From assembly GCA_964016885.1 (NCBI GenBank), contig OZ024740.1:219294001-219358000 (forward strand): 64,000 bases of DNA. The letters are read 5' to 3'. Of this stretch, positions 24,459 to 38,770 are shown in pieces. Below the pieces are notes generated by a model. The model was given only the letters and a program-made list of their open reading frames with translations, had not been told where the DNA came from and did no database searches. Both the position numbers and the translations under genes were made by a program. Source of the stretch: Eledone cirrhosa. Taxonomy: Eukaryota. Numbering within the stretch: the first letter of the stretch is position 1; each line of letters opens with the position of its first letter.

Positions 24459-25368
24459 TATAATCGTGTATAAGTCACACTAGTAAAGTCACATCTTCAT
24501 TTTACATAAAACATTTACAATATTCCATATATTTTGAATTGAGGTTTTGTAGGTAGTAGATTAATCACATAGTATTTTTATGGAAATTGATGCATCTTGT
24601 ACACAAATATATAGACAATACTTATTTTTTGTATTTATCTCTATTTTAACCATTTCATTATTATATTTCTAATAAAATATACTGTATTTGAATTCATAAC
24701 TAAAGAATTTGCAGCGATATACTAAAATTATTTAAATCATGATAAATATTGATTGCCAACTAAATTATTTATAGAAATATAAAAATACACTGAAGCGAAT
24801 AAAAAACCAAACAGTGAGTGTGTTTTATTATATTTTTTGGCAATATTAGGACAACGTGACCCTCCCCAAATATAACAATATTCATATATATTATTAAATA
24901 GGAAGTTTTTAATTTAAATCAGAACTATTTAAAATTGGGTGGCTTTATTCCATAGAAGCAGAGGTTGTTTTGGTTGGGTTGGTATTTAAAGGGTTAACCT
25001 AATATGTATAATATTTCTTCTTAATCTTTTCTTTTCTGTCTGTTGAGTATTATCAAATTCTTTTATTCCATTGTTCAGATTCTCTTACCTCCTTCTCTTT
25101 ATCTGAATGTATTAGTATATTTATATATATAGTTTTAGTTAATTTTCCTCTCTTCAAGGTTTATTTGGTGCATTTTTCTTCCTCAAGTTTCATATCAGTC
25201 CATCTAGTGAATACACATATTGTCTGTAAGAGTGGTTCTAGTTTTTTTTTTTTATCTGCAATATCATTAGTAACATAACTAATGTCTCTATTATTAAGCT
25301 GTTGCTTGAAACATAACTTAACAGAATGTTTCTTAAGTATAATTTTGAAAGCAGGTTTAAATTTTATT

Positions 25369-27070
25369 TAGAGACGGCTATGATGGAATCCATGGAGGCT
25401 ATAGGTTTGGTACTAGAAATGAGGAAGGCTCCAGAATCCTGGAATTCTGTGACGCAAATAACCTATCTGTGACACAAACTTCAAAAAATGAGACAATCAC
25501 TTGATCACCTATAGATCAGGGGAACACGCCAGTCAGATAGATTATATCCTTACCAGAAGACATGACAGAGTAAAGAATGCACCCCCCAACATAGCCTCAT
25601 AGTTTGCGACCTCATAGTCAGGACAAGACATACTCGACAACAGAGGAGGACTACCCTAAGGAGAAGCATATGGAAGTTAAAGGACGCCACAGCCAGTAAC
25701 AAATTTAACAGCATAATACTTGATGCTTTTGACAGTAAGGAAGAGCAATTAGAGTCGTACAATATAGAGGAATAGTGGGAATTCCTGAAAGCTAACCTGC
25801 TGAAGGCGGCAGATGAAGTCTGTGGCTGGAGCAGGCCTATAGGCAGGAGGAGAGTAACGTGGTGGAGGAACAGTAAGGTGGAGGAGTCAATTAAGGCCAA
25901 AAAGCAGGCTTGGAAAGTATGGCAGGAGGGGGGAAGTAGAGAAGACTATCAAGTGGCCAGGAGGGAAGCTAGGAGACAAGTGTACTTCGCAAGAAGGGAA
26001 GCAGAGGAAAGAAAGTTCAAGCATGTTCTACAATGCGAGGACCAAAAACGTGAGGTGTTCAGGATTGCTAGGCAATGTGTCAAGGAAAACCGTGATATTG
26101 TCGGGGAGAAGTGTGTCTTGAATGATGATGGTGTACTTGCCATCACTGACGCTGATAAGAAGGTAGCGTGGAAGTGTCATTACGAGAGGCTACTAAAAGT
26201 TCAGAGAGCTTATACCACTATTGGCTGCTAAAGGTTTCTCTCTAAAAATGAAAGGCAGACTGTATGATGCCTGCATACGAACAGCTATGTTACATGGCAG
26301 TGAGACATGGGCATTGTGTAAAGAGGATCTGCGCAGACTGGAGAGGAACGAAGCATGCATGCTCCGCTGGATGTGTAATAGTAATATACGTGAACAGCAA
26401 AGCATAAATGAACTAAGTGAGAAATTAGGTATAAGAGGGATCAGATGCTGTTTACTCGAGAGAAGACTATGTTGGTATGGTCATGTGATGCGCATGAAAG
26501 ATGACAGCTGTATAAAAAAGTGCAGGGCGATCAAAATTGACGGAAGTTACGGAGTAGGCAGAGCCAGAAAAACCTGGGACGATTTGATGAATTCCGACCT
26601 TACAGACTTACACCTCTCTAAGACAATGTCACTGGACCAAGATCTTTGGCGCCACTTAGTAATATAGAAAACCCGCCTTGCCTAAGTACAAAGTGAAACC
26701 TACAGTCAGTAGACACCTCTTAATCAAATATACACCCCCCTCCGACAACCCCCACCCCACCCCATCAGCACCATCCCTTTCTCTGTAAAGTTATGTTAGT
26801 ACAACAACATCCAGTCCTAAATAAATGAGGTTGTGTAGGTGTCATGACAAAAAAAAAAAACACACAGTCCACGCTGTAATGTGGCCATGTAGGTAACACG
26901 GTAAAAACCTCCCAGTCCACACTGTAAACATGGTTGGTGTTAGGAAGGGCATCCAGCCGTAGAAAACCTGCCAGACAGTCCTATACGAGTGAGATGATGA
27001 ATTTTGCCTCAAGTGGGACAATTCCCGTCTAAACCCATGATAGACGTTAAATGATGATGATGATGATGAT
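25369..27070 (+). mobile_element. RTE LINE lineage B, 5'-truncated, RT core deleted
   Basis: APE C-terminal motifs GTRNEEGSRILEF and SQIDYILTR, tether region, junction at about 26197, C-terminal RTE motifs, 3'UTR and (GAT)n. Confidence 0.9.
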
Positions 27071-28948
27071 ACTTTAACCCTTTCATTACCATATTGCTAA
27101 TGTCATACAATAGATTTCCACCAATTAATAAAGAATTTGAAGGGATTTAGTAAAACTGTTAATTATTTCATTATTAAGATAGTATTTGTTCATAACAAAA
27201 GCTTTATTTTATATATAAAATTATATTAGAAGGTTTAAATTTAAATAAGAATTCTTTAAAAAGAGTGGCTTTGTTTCACAGAACCAGAGCCTATTTTGGC
27301 TGGGTTGGTATCAACAGGTTTAAAATCGATAGTTTTGTATCAAAACATTAGGGACAATCTCAGGCTTGTTGATATCAAAAGGGCTAATCAATAATTGATA
27401 TTTACAACCATATCAGTGTTTGCAGCAGCCCTTCTTTTCTCACCATAAGTTGTTTTATTCCTATTCTTTGCAATATTATTGCAGTTAAGGCTTTGTAAGC
27501 TGTAAAGTAAAAAGGTTATAAGTTTGTAGTTTTATGAGTCAAGAGGATTAAGATAGTTTTCCCCCTCAATGAGCCATTCAAGAATTGTTTTTGTCTCAGT
27601 CATTAAAAATTATTGCCAGAACTTTGTTTTAATGAGAAGTTTGGAACTTTATCATTTTCTGGTGCTTTCCAGTTATTCAGTTTTTGTAATCTTTTCCTTT
27701 CTTTTTCATTGACTTCCTTTTCCTCATTCTCCTTCCTCTTTACCCCTTTTCCTCATCTCCCTCAATTCTTCCTTCTCCCCCAACTCATACTCCACACCCG
27801 GAATTCCTTTACATCTCTTCTTGCTGTTGGTGCTACATTGATTTCTGTATCATTTTTATCTACTTCTCAATAAAATCGTTTTCGGTTGGAGCCGAACTGT
27901 TTGTTTTCTACAAAGAATGGTCTCTCTTTATAATGACAGTCTCTTTATGATCTATCAATGATCTCTTCTTTCCTTCTATTCCGGTATTCTTTGATTTTAG
28001 GAACTTCTTTCTTTGTTATATTATATTTCTAAAATGTTTGTCTTGTCAGTTTTTTCTCTTTATTTATATCTTTACATTATTGATAACATGGATTCAGAAA
28101 TCTTTTCCTTCGTTTCCACACTGTTTGCTTGGCTTTTGCTATATCCTGTTTTTTTAAATTCTTTTACTGGCTTTAGTCATTGGACTATGGCCATACTGGG
28201 ATACCATCTTGAAGAGTTTTTTGTGAATCATATAAGCACCAGTATCTATTTCAGTCTGATAATTATTTTATTTAAATTTTTTTGTGAAACTGCTAAGTTA
28301 ACTTTCAGAACCTTGTACCACATTATCAAGCCTCCTACATTGAATGGTTTTGATTTAATACCATTTATCCAAACACTTGGGCATTCATATAGATATCTGT
28401 CTACTAGTAAAAATATTATAAACATTTGAATTAACAAACATGTTTTTAGATATTTTAAGCTAAATCATTACAGGTTATTAAAAGTTAAGGAACATAAAGG
28501 AACTCAACATAAACAACAAAGATGGTTTTTACTAGTTTAAACATAAATAAAGATATGGACATTCATGCACATACATATATGTATTATAACATCGTTTTTA
28601 GGTTCATTTTTCCATGCTAGCATGGACTGAATGAGACTTTTCTAAGGCAGAATTTTTATAGCAACTCTTTCTTGTTTGTTTCTTTTTTAAGTCACAGAAA
28701 AGGGTTTTGATAATTGCTACAAAAGAATGCTGTGTGTGGCTTTTGATGTGAAGTGGCAGTGGTGTATGGTAAGTGAATGCCTGTATAGAAACCTCCTCAA
28801 ATGTAGTATGTACATGTAGTACTAGTGGAAAGAAATGTGTCTTAGAGGAAGACAAGGGAAGAAATGGTGGATTTAAATCCTGATGAAGGAAATGAAAAAT
28901 GTTCGCAACAAGTGGTGAGATATTGTGTTAAAGAAGACTTGTCAAATA

Positions 28949-29127
28949 CGAGGGTCAGCTGTAAAGTTCATAGACTGACCAAATGTGGTTTATTTTTCAA
29001 CATAGTCCCTGGAAAGAAATAATGCATTTATTAATAAGAAGAGTTGAAATTAATGCATGCAAGATTTCAAAGCACTAGCATCCCCCCCCCCCCCCAGCCT
29101 GCCTATGAACTTTTCAGCTGATCCTAG
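28949..29127. mobile_element. Short mariner-type MITE (second copy 39870-40037)
   Basis: TA|CGAGGGTCAGCTGTAAAGTTCATAG ... CTATGAACTTTTCAGCTGATCCTAG; internal sequence shared with 39870. Confidence 0.75.
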
Positions 29128-29966
29128 CATGTGTAAGTATGGGAAAATGGACATAGAATGATGATGGTGTTAATGATGTCAAACTAGAATTCTTCAAAAC
29201 ATACACTTCTGTATTTTTGAAGGCAAGTGCAAACATTAACTGACTTAACATGTGAAAGAAATAAAATAAAATAAAAAATATATATAATTAGGTGGAATTA
29301 ATGTCTCATTGTATATGTTCTTAATTGCGATTCTCTTGTATTGTATTATATTGTAAGAATGTGCTTCTTGTCCTTGTGGCAAAACAAAACAAATTATTAT
29401 TGTTGTTTGCAAATATGTCTTAATAACAGACAGTTTTTAAAAATATTTTTATTGCCCTCAATATAAACATTAGTAGAATTATATATTCAATCAATATCAC
29501 TAAGAAATTTCTGTGATTGGCATTCTTGAGCTTGTCAAAGTTATTTTGTTTTATATTTACTACAATTTTGAGGAGCCAGTCTTAATCTCAATTTTTTATA
29601 GGCACATTTCAGAAACAAGCCGGAATATTTTTGTTTTATTTACTGCAAAGTGAGATTGGTGTGTGTTGTGTGTTCCATTAATCATTTCTAATTGGAATAA
29701 AGCGCAAATATTTAGAAAGAAAAATTAGTTCATTTGTTAGAGATTGCTTATAGGATCAGGGAATATATGAGTTTGTTAAAGAAGACAAAGATAACTTAAT
29801 AGGAATGGAGATTGGGGAGACATATTGAACATTGCTAATCTGAATAATCTTTTTCTAAGTGGTTGTTTCAATCTATGGAGATACATTACAGTATGACCAT
29901 TCTCTTGTGTAGCAACCTCTCAGAATCTGCAAATACCAGCCTACCACACACACATACATGCATGCA

Positions 29967-30001
<35 letters not shown>

Positions 30002-32646
30002 CAATGAAGGAACCATTACATGGTTGTTTAATCTACTAGAAATAGCAGGAAAATCTTTCTCAAATTACACCTTTGCAATAGACTGAAAAGAAAATATGGG
30101 ATGTTCACAGCTGGAATGCTTCTCCTTCACCGCCTTAAGTCTCACTTCCTCTTCAGTGAACATGGATAAGGTTTCTGTAGTGACTGATTTACTGGACACT
30201 TCTATGCCACTACACAAGTGGACTCTCATCCTTGAAAGCATAATAAAATGGAGTCAGTTCAACCAGTTATATCCCTCTCCCACAAATTTTAATCATGTTT
30301 GTGTGTCAGGCAGTTCTCATTCAGTGTTTTTCATTAATTGTACATTTGTCTATGTTTTCTGTATCTCTGTTATCAGCCTTCAGTTCTTCCTAAAAAGTTC
30401 AACAGTATGTGGTCCATTGTTTTCCACATCTCTTCTTCCTCCCTGCTTGTGTCCATCTCAATGGTGTCTTTCTATACCAATGATCTGGATGCTGCTGGAT
30501 ATGACCAACTAATCACATTTTTCAGTCCATTACCACGTTTTTATAGTTTTGATAATTGCTACACAAGGTTAGTATGTGTGGCTCTTGATGTGAAGTGGTA
30601 GTGGTATATGTCAAGTGAATGCCTGAGTTGGTATGTCAAGTGAATACCTGAGTTGGTATGGACATGTGGTACATATGGAGGATAAGTGTCTAGTGGAAAG
30701 AAGGAATGTGTGGGGAATTTTGTCATCGTGCCTTGGAGTCTTCATGACAAAGAAATTAAGAAATCTTAAGAAAAGAGATGATCATGGTACAAAATCCTCA
30801 GGCTTTCCTCAAGCACCTTTGGTGAAAATCATCAACTGTTCTACAGATTTCTTCCATGTTTCATTTGCATATAGTTCTGTGCATTTAATCAAATTATTAC
30901 CATTAGCAAACTTTTATCAATAACCATCATTTATATCATCATCATCATCATCACCCCTACGTAACCGTTTCAATACTAAACCACCTGAAACTGACCCTGG
31001 TTTCACAACACTGAGCTGTTTGTTTTAAAGTGTTTATATTTATCTGAAGATCTTCCATTATTATTTTTTACCTTTCATCCTTACAAGGTCGATAAAATAA
31101 AATACCAGTAATACACTGAGATAATTGCTGGCCTTGTGCCAAAAAGTAGAAACAATTATTATTTTATATAATCCCGCCGAGGTTAACTTTGCCTTTCATC
31201 CTTACAGGGTCGATAAAATAAAGTACCAGTAATACACTGGGATAATTGCTGGCCTTGTGCCAAAAGTAGAAACAATTATTATTTTATATAAGAACCTTTA
31301 TTAAGTTAGGTTCCAAACGCATGGCACATAACGAGAAAATTAGTTATATTAGCAAATCCCTAAAGATTCTTGATTATTTTCAAAAGGATTTGAATATCAT
31401 AGGCAGTGTCTTTTATTAGAAATAAGGTAATGAAAGAGTTCACTCCTTTGCTACCAAATTTCTAATGAAATATACTATATTTAATTTAGTTAGAATTTTG
31501 AGGGATTTCCCAAAGTTATTACATATTTCATTATTAAGATTACCTCCCTGTATGATCTGAGTTCAAATCCCGCCGAGGTTAACTTTGCCTTTCATCCTTC
31601 CGGGGTCGATAGAATAAAGTACCAGTAATGCATTGGATAATTGCTGGCCTTGTGCCTAAAGTAGAAACAATTATTAAGATGGCATTTATAATGTAACAAA
31701 TGTAAAATTTTGTTGGAAGGTTTTAATTTAAATAGAAACCATTATATTGGGTGGTTTTATTTCATTGTGAAGGTGCATGGTTTAATGGTTAGAGAGTTGG
31801 ATTCACAATCATGAGGTTGTGAGTTCAATTCCTGAGCTGGGCAATGTGCTATCTCCTTGAACAAGCTACTTTATTTCACATTGCTCCTTCTGCCAGGAGT
31901 TGCAATCAGGAGATAATATTAGCAATTGGAAAAACTAAAGGACACATTATTTCCTTGGTCTGATCTGATGAGTTCAATCCCACTCAGTAAGTGAATGAGA
32001 TCTGGGATCTTATTGATTCTGATATCGTAGAACCAGAGACAGTTTAGGGAAAGTTACTATTAAAAGAGTTAAAGCAAGTGTTACCATCATATTAATTCAA
32101 CTGATTTATATTCCTGAAACTCCAACTGTTACACTGGATCAGACTTTAATGACTTGATAGCTGCTACTATGATTTCTTAATGAATTAGAGAATTAAATGA
32201 TATTCTTCTACTTGTCAATTTAGTCTGCTGTAATTATTTCTATTTCTTAAGAATCATTTTCTCACTTGGGAGACTTCATTGCAAAACCAATTTCTCAAAC
32301 CCTCCTCCTTCACATCATCACCATCTTGGTTGGCGTCATCGTCATCATCATCATCAAAACCAACCCCCGTCCCCACCATCATTAGCACCATGACCATAAT
32401 TTCTATGTCCACTTTTTCAAGTTTGCATGGGTTGGATAAGGCTTTTGAGGCTGGATTTCTATAATTGGATGCTCTTCCTGAAGCCAACCCATACTTTATT
32501 TGTTGGTATGGTATATACCACTGATCTTTGTCAAACTACTAAGCTGTGGGGTGTATTGGTTATGGAAAACATAAACAACTGCCACCAGTGACTTATATAA
32601 AGGTTATCATTGATATGACATTTGTGATGACTGGTACCTATATATA

Positions 32647-33942
32647 TCACCATCACCATCATCGTCATTTTAAATTCTGCTTTCCTTGCTAGCAAGCGTT
32701 GGAAGAGTCCATATAGACCAAGTTCATACTGAAGTGGAGCCACTAATCTTACAGGCAAGCCAGGGATCTGTCCACTTATGTACAGTCTCATGTTCCATTG
32801 AGTGCTCAGGAGAGGTCATCATGCGTTAGACACAACTAAGAGTCCTCCTAACCCTTTATTTGGCAAGATTTGTTTGACAGCGTCCAGAAATGTGTGTGTG
32901 TTGGGAGGGGTTGAACTAGTGAAGTTGAGAATAATTGTTAGGGAGTGCTAGTAAAAGGGTGAAGAGAGGTCAGGTCACATTGTAAGTTGCAGGTTGAGTC
33001 TTCTTCAACACTACGGTTTTTAGTCATTTCTATTGTAAGGTTTAGCTTTCTAAGTTCAGTCCTCACAACCTCATCCCATGTCCTTCTGGGTCTGCCTCTT
33101 CCACAGGTCCCAGCCACTGGGATTTCTCTGCATTTCTTTATGCAGTTGCCATCTTCCATGTGCACCACATGGCTATACCAACACAGTATTTTCTCTTGCA
33201 CACTACAACCAATTCGTCTTATGCCAAGTTTTCCCCTCAGTTCGTTTATGCTATGTCACTCATGCACACTAACATTGCAAATCCATCAGAGCATACTAAA
33301 CTCATTTCTTTCTAGCTTTCGCAGGTCTTCTGCAGTCAAGGCCCATATTTCAATGCCATGTAGTATTGCCATTTGCACACAAGCACCATACAATCTACCT
33401 TTCACTCTGAGAGAAAAGCATTTTGTTGTTAGCAGTGATAGTAGATCTCTAAATTTCTTCCAGCCTGTTCTTATCCTAGCTATCACACTTTCAGTGCATC
33501 CTCTCCAAAAACTACTCTTAATTTGATCTCCTAGGTAGCAAAAGCTGTCCATAACTTCTAGAGAGTTGAGGGAATCTATTTCACGTGTTCTTTGTGCTTG
33601 CTCCCTCTGAGTATCTGCTGCATATAAAGTCTATCTTTTCCATTAGCCTACCTGCAATCATACATTACATTGTGTGCACCTTATGGAGTTTCTACCTACC
33701 CCTTTCTGACATATCGAGCACGGCCACTTTCCTCTCTTTTTTCCTACTTATTAAGACTTTTTGTCTTTGCTATATTTACGTTTAGCTCTAAGTTCTTCCA
33801 TGCTTGAAATTTTGCTTCTAACTCTCCTACGGACCCAGCTGTGAAGACTAGGTCACAGGATAAAGGAGCTCCCAAGGAGCACCAGATTTAAATTCCTCAG
33901 TGATGGCCTGAAGTACAATAATAAATAGAAGTGGACTGAGGA

Positions 33943-33946
<4 letters not shown>
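32647..33946 (-). mobile_element. Degenerate 5'-truncated RTE LINE
   Basis: LSPLLFIIVLQAITEEFK..PWELLY, DSFCYLGD, ARIRTGWKKF, GRGRPRRTW fragments; (GAT)n-like tail at 32647-32670. Confidence 0.85.
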
Positions 33947-33990
<44 letters not shown>

Positions 33991-34644
33991 GAATTGATTT
34001 ATAGGATATTTCAACAAAGCAATTGTTTACTTAAACTTCTGAAGCTTAGCAAATACTTGCTTTGTTGAAACAGCAGATGTGTAAGCATACGTGTGTGTGT
34101 GTGTGTGTGTGCAACAGTCTTCCTTACAATCCCTGTCTATTAAATTTACTCATTAGGTATTAGTTAGGCTTGAGGCCAAAGATGCCATGCTATTGAACTT
34201 CATTAGGAACCTCATGGTTCTGAAGTGAACATTTTAACCACACACCACTTTTGAATGTTTTCTTTGTTGTTTTCAGGAAATGTTTTCATAGTAGCCTGCT
34301 TCATATCATCCTTGAAACTTTCTTATTTTAGAAATCTAAATTAGAATTTAACCCCTATAAAAGAATCAATGTTTATTTTTGTTGTTGCTTTCTCTATCAG
34401 TCCTCTCTATTTTTTTCTTTTCTGTTATATTAGTGGACCATTGCTGCTAATAAAAACAGCACTAGTTTTGAATGTATTTAATTTTTGGAGTCCAGGATAT
34501 GTATACCATATATACCAAGATTGATGAATATATTGAATAATCATACAAACTGGGAAATTTGCATTTTGATAAATTTATGGTTTATATAAGAGAGAAACCT
34601 TATAGTTTATGTTGATTGCCATATGGAAGTGCTTAAATATTTAA

Positions 34645-34865
34645 CTCTTTAGCATTTAAACCAACCATATCTGGTCTGAATTCTCTCATTTCTTTCTGTT
34701 CAAACTGGCTATAATCAGCTACTGATACTTATATTAAGGTATTGTTCTCAAAATAAATAATATCAAAATCTCATAGACTTGATATTATGTGAAATAATTA
34801 TGTGAGGTAAAGTCTTTACTATGAAAATACAATAGTAAATATTGAATAATGTAAACACTAAAGAG
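34645..34865. mobile_element. piggyBac-type MITE (family I)
   Basis: TTAA|CTCTTTAG...CTAAAGAG|TTAA. Confidence 0.85.
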
Positions 34866-35167
34866 TTAAATGATATTTTAATCATTTATTTCTAAGATTA
34901 ATTACATAAATGTACTGCATACATGTACAAATGACATACAGCATTAAAATTATGAATAACTTTGCCGAAATAATTATTCACAGGGACAAGTGTTGTGTTA
35001 GAACCCAAGACCTTGTGATGGTAAAGTGAACTTCTTATTGTAGCAACATGACTTACAGGAAATGTATTGCATGTATATGTGTGTATAAATTTTAAAAGTG
35101 TTATAGATGTTACAGATATAGAAGTGTTACAAATATTACACACACACACACATATATATATATACAT

Positions 35168-35251
<84 letters not shown>

Positions 35252-35699
35252 TGTATTATATAGGTGATTAATTTTATTTTTGTTTCCATTTTTACCTTCT
35301 ATTTCTATTTATCTACTGATTATCTGTAATGATTTCTGTAGAAATTGTTACTGCAAGTGTAATTTGAAACTGCAATTAAGATGCATTAAGATGTTGTTAG
35401 TGATGCCTCTAGATTGTGAATCTGTTCTGAGTCAGTCTCGGAAGTCAAGTTTTTCCCAGCAGTCATTAGTTTCCACTTGCTGAGTTTTTATTGATAGTTT
35501 TTGTTGTAGTAGTAGTTGTTGCTGTTGTTTTTGTTTCATCATGTGCTTTCTTCTCACTATTTGAATCGAATAAATTCAATAATGTTTATCAAAATGTTTT
35601 CTTTCTTTCCCTGTTTCTTTCCTTGTTTCTTTCTTTCTTTCTTTCTAACCTTTTTTTAAAATCTTCCTTTCTATGTGTGTGTTTGCATGTGTAAATGAT

Positions 35700-36088
35700 T
35701 GTGTGTGTGTGTGAGTGTGTGTGTATAAGTCAGTCAGTGTGTATGTAAGTTAGTGTGTGTATGTAAGGGATTATGTTTGTGTATATGTGTGATTATGTTT
35801 GTGTATATGTGTGTATATATGTGTGTGCATATGTGTGTAAATGTGTATATATATATGTATGTATATATATATATGTGTGTGTGTATATGTGTGTGTGTAT
35901 ATATGTGTATATATATGTGTGTGTATATATGTGTATATATGTGTGTATATGTGTGTATATGTGTCTCTATGTGTCTATATATGTCTATATGTGTGTATAT
36001 GTGTGTATATACATGTATATATATGTGTATGTATATGTGTGTATATATATATATGTGTATATATATATGTGTGTATATATGTGTGTAT
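35700..36088. repeat. (TG/TA)n compound microsatellite
   Basis: Direct inspection. Confidence 0.9.
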
Positions 36089-36438
36089 TATTTGAACAAT
36101 AGTTGCATGACATGTTGCAGTTTATCGTTTCTACCAACACATTAGTAGTTGGATATTTCTAGGCAGAGAATGGTTGGATTGTATGAGAAGACAATATCAC
36201 TTGATGATGGACATTGTAAGGAACATGAGGGAAATATGTGTGTATATCTCACTACGTGCATCTATGTGTGTATGTATGTATATGTGTACGTATCATCATC
36301 ATCATCATCATCGTTTAACGTCCATCTTCCATGCTAGCATGGGTCTGGACGGGAATTGTCCCACTTGAGGCAAGATTGGTTGTCTTGCTCAGGACTGTCT
36401 GGCAGGTTTTCTACAGCTGGATGCCCTTCCTAACACCA

Positions 36439-37270
36439 TGTATATGTGTATGTATGTATATATGTGTATGTATGTATATATGTGTATGTATGTATATGTG
36501 TATGTATGTATATGTGTATGTATGTGTATATATATATGTGTATATATGTATATGTGTATATATGTATGTGTGTATGTATGTATATGTGTATGTATGTATG
36601 TGTGTATATGTGTATGTATGTATGTATGTATATATGTGTATGGATGTATATGTTTGTGTGTATGTATGTATGTGTGTATGTATGTGTGTGTATGTATGTA
36701 TGTATGTATATATGTACGTATGTATGTGTGTATGTATGTATGTGTGTACATATGTATGTGTATGTATGTATATGGGTATGTATGTATATGTGTATGTATA
36801 GGTGTGTACATATGTGTATGTATATGTGTATGTATGTATATGTGTATGTATGTGTATGGTTGTATATGTGTATGGTTGTGTATGTATGTGTATGTATGTG
36901 TGTATGGTTGTATATGTGTATGGTTATATATGGGTACATATGTATATGTGTACATATGTGTATGTATGTATATGTGTGTGTATGTATATGTGTATGCATG
37001 TATATGTGTGTATGTTTGTATATATGTACATATGTATATGGGTACATATGTATATGTGTACATATGTATATGTGTATGTATGTATGTATATGTGTGTGTA
37101 TATGTGTCTATATACATGTATGTATGTATATGTGTGTGTATGTGTCTATATACATGTATGTCTTTGAGTGTGTGTGTGTGTGTACCTCTCTGTGTATATG
37201 TGTATGTATGTATATGTGTATGTATGTGTGTATATGCATGTGTGTCTTTGAGTGAGTGTGTGTGTACCTG
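36439..37270. repeat. (TGTA)n-derived degenerate microsatellite
   Basis: Direct inspection. Confidence 0.9.
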
Positions 37271-38110
37271 TACACATGTGTGTATGTGTCTCTATATACA
37301 TGTGTGACTGTCTCTGTGTATATATGTGTGTATGTGTCTCTGTATACATGTGTGACTCTCTCTGTGTATATATGTGTGTATGTGTCTCTGTATATATGTG
37401 TGACTGTCTCTGTGTATAGATGTGTGTATGTGTCTCTGTATACATGTGTGACTGTCTCTGTGTATACATGTGTGTATGTGTCTCTGTATACATGTGTGTA
37501 TGTGTCTCTGTATATATGTGTGACTGTCTCTGTGTATAGATGTGTGTACCTGTCTCTGTATACATGTGTGACTGTCTCTGTGTATACATGTGTGTATGTG
37601 TCTCTGTATACATGTGTGTATGTGTCTCTATATACATGTGTGACTGTCTCTGTGTATAGATGTGTGTACCTGTCTCTGTATACATGTGTGTATGTCTCTG
37701 TATATATGTGTGACTGTCTCTGTGTATACATGTGTGTATGTGTCTCTATATATACATGTGTGACTATCTCTGTGTATATATGTGTGTATGAGTCTCTGTA
37801 TACATGTGTGACTGTCTCTGTGTATACATGTGTGTATGTGTCTCTGTATACATGTGTGACTGTCTCTGTGTATAGATGTGTGTATGTGTCTATATATACA
37901 TGTGTGACTGTCTCTGTGTATACATGTGTGTACCTGTCTCTGTATACATGTGTGACTGTCTCTGTGTATACATGTGTGTATGTGTCTATATATACATGTG
38001 TGACTGTCTCTGTATACATGTGTGTATGTGTCTCTATATATACATGTGTGACTGTCTCTGTGTATACATGTGTGTATGAGTCTCTGTATACATGTGTGTA
38101 TGTGTCTGTA
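37271..38110. repeat. 24-bp two-variant minisatellite
   Basis: Units tgtgtgactgtctctgtgtataca and tgtgtgtatgtgtctctgtataca, mostly alternating. Confidence 0.9.
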
Positions 38111-38344
38111 TATATATATGTATTTGTTGTATGTGTGTATGTGTGTCAGTGAGAGAGAGAGAGAGAGAGAGGTGGGCGGAGATAATATAGGGAAAGAGAA
38201 GGATAGTGGAAGAAGAAAGAAACTAGAGCATTTAAGTACAAGTGATGAGGTGTAAAGATTATTGGCAAAACTGAAGAGACTGAAGTATGGTGAATTATCA
38301 ATAGAGGCAGGTTACAGACAGCTCTCTTCAGAGCAGAGTGTTAT

Positions 38345-38770
38345 GATTAGTACTATAATCATCATCATCATCACCTTTATCATCATCAGAGTCATCATCA
38401 TCATCACCTCCACCATCGTCATCACCATAACCATCATCATCATAGTCATCACTATTATCATCACCATCACTATTACCATCGCCATCACCTTTATCGTCAT
38501 AGTCACCATCACCATCATCATCATCACCACCAACATCATCATCTTTATCAACATAGCCATCATGATCATAGTCATCACCATCATCAATATAGCCATCATC
38601 ATCATAGTCATCCCCATCATCACATCCACCATCGTCATCACCATCACCATCACCTTTATCATCATAGTCCTCCTCACCACCATCATCATCAGCAGCACCA
38701 GCATTATCATTATCATTGCCATCAGCATTAATACCACCACCTCCACCACTATCAACATCATGACCATCAG
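38345..38770. repeat. Degenerate (CAT/CAC)n tract
   Basis: Direct inspection. Confidence 0.9.

Noticed and set aside
31965-32010. CTGATGAG in a SINE tail as a hammerhead
   Set aside because: No downstream GAAA or stems, and the sister copy at 20897 has TTGATGAG
37271-38110. Regularly spaced repeats as a CRISPR-like array
   Set aside because: No unique spacers, eukaryotic context, simple tandem units
35753-38152. Long Cys/Val/Tyr/Met/His/Thr-rich ORFs up to 303 aa
   Set aside because: Translations of TG/TA microsatellite and 24-bp minisatellite, open on both strands, with no protein motifs
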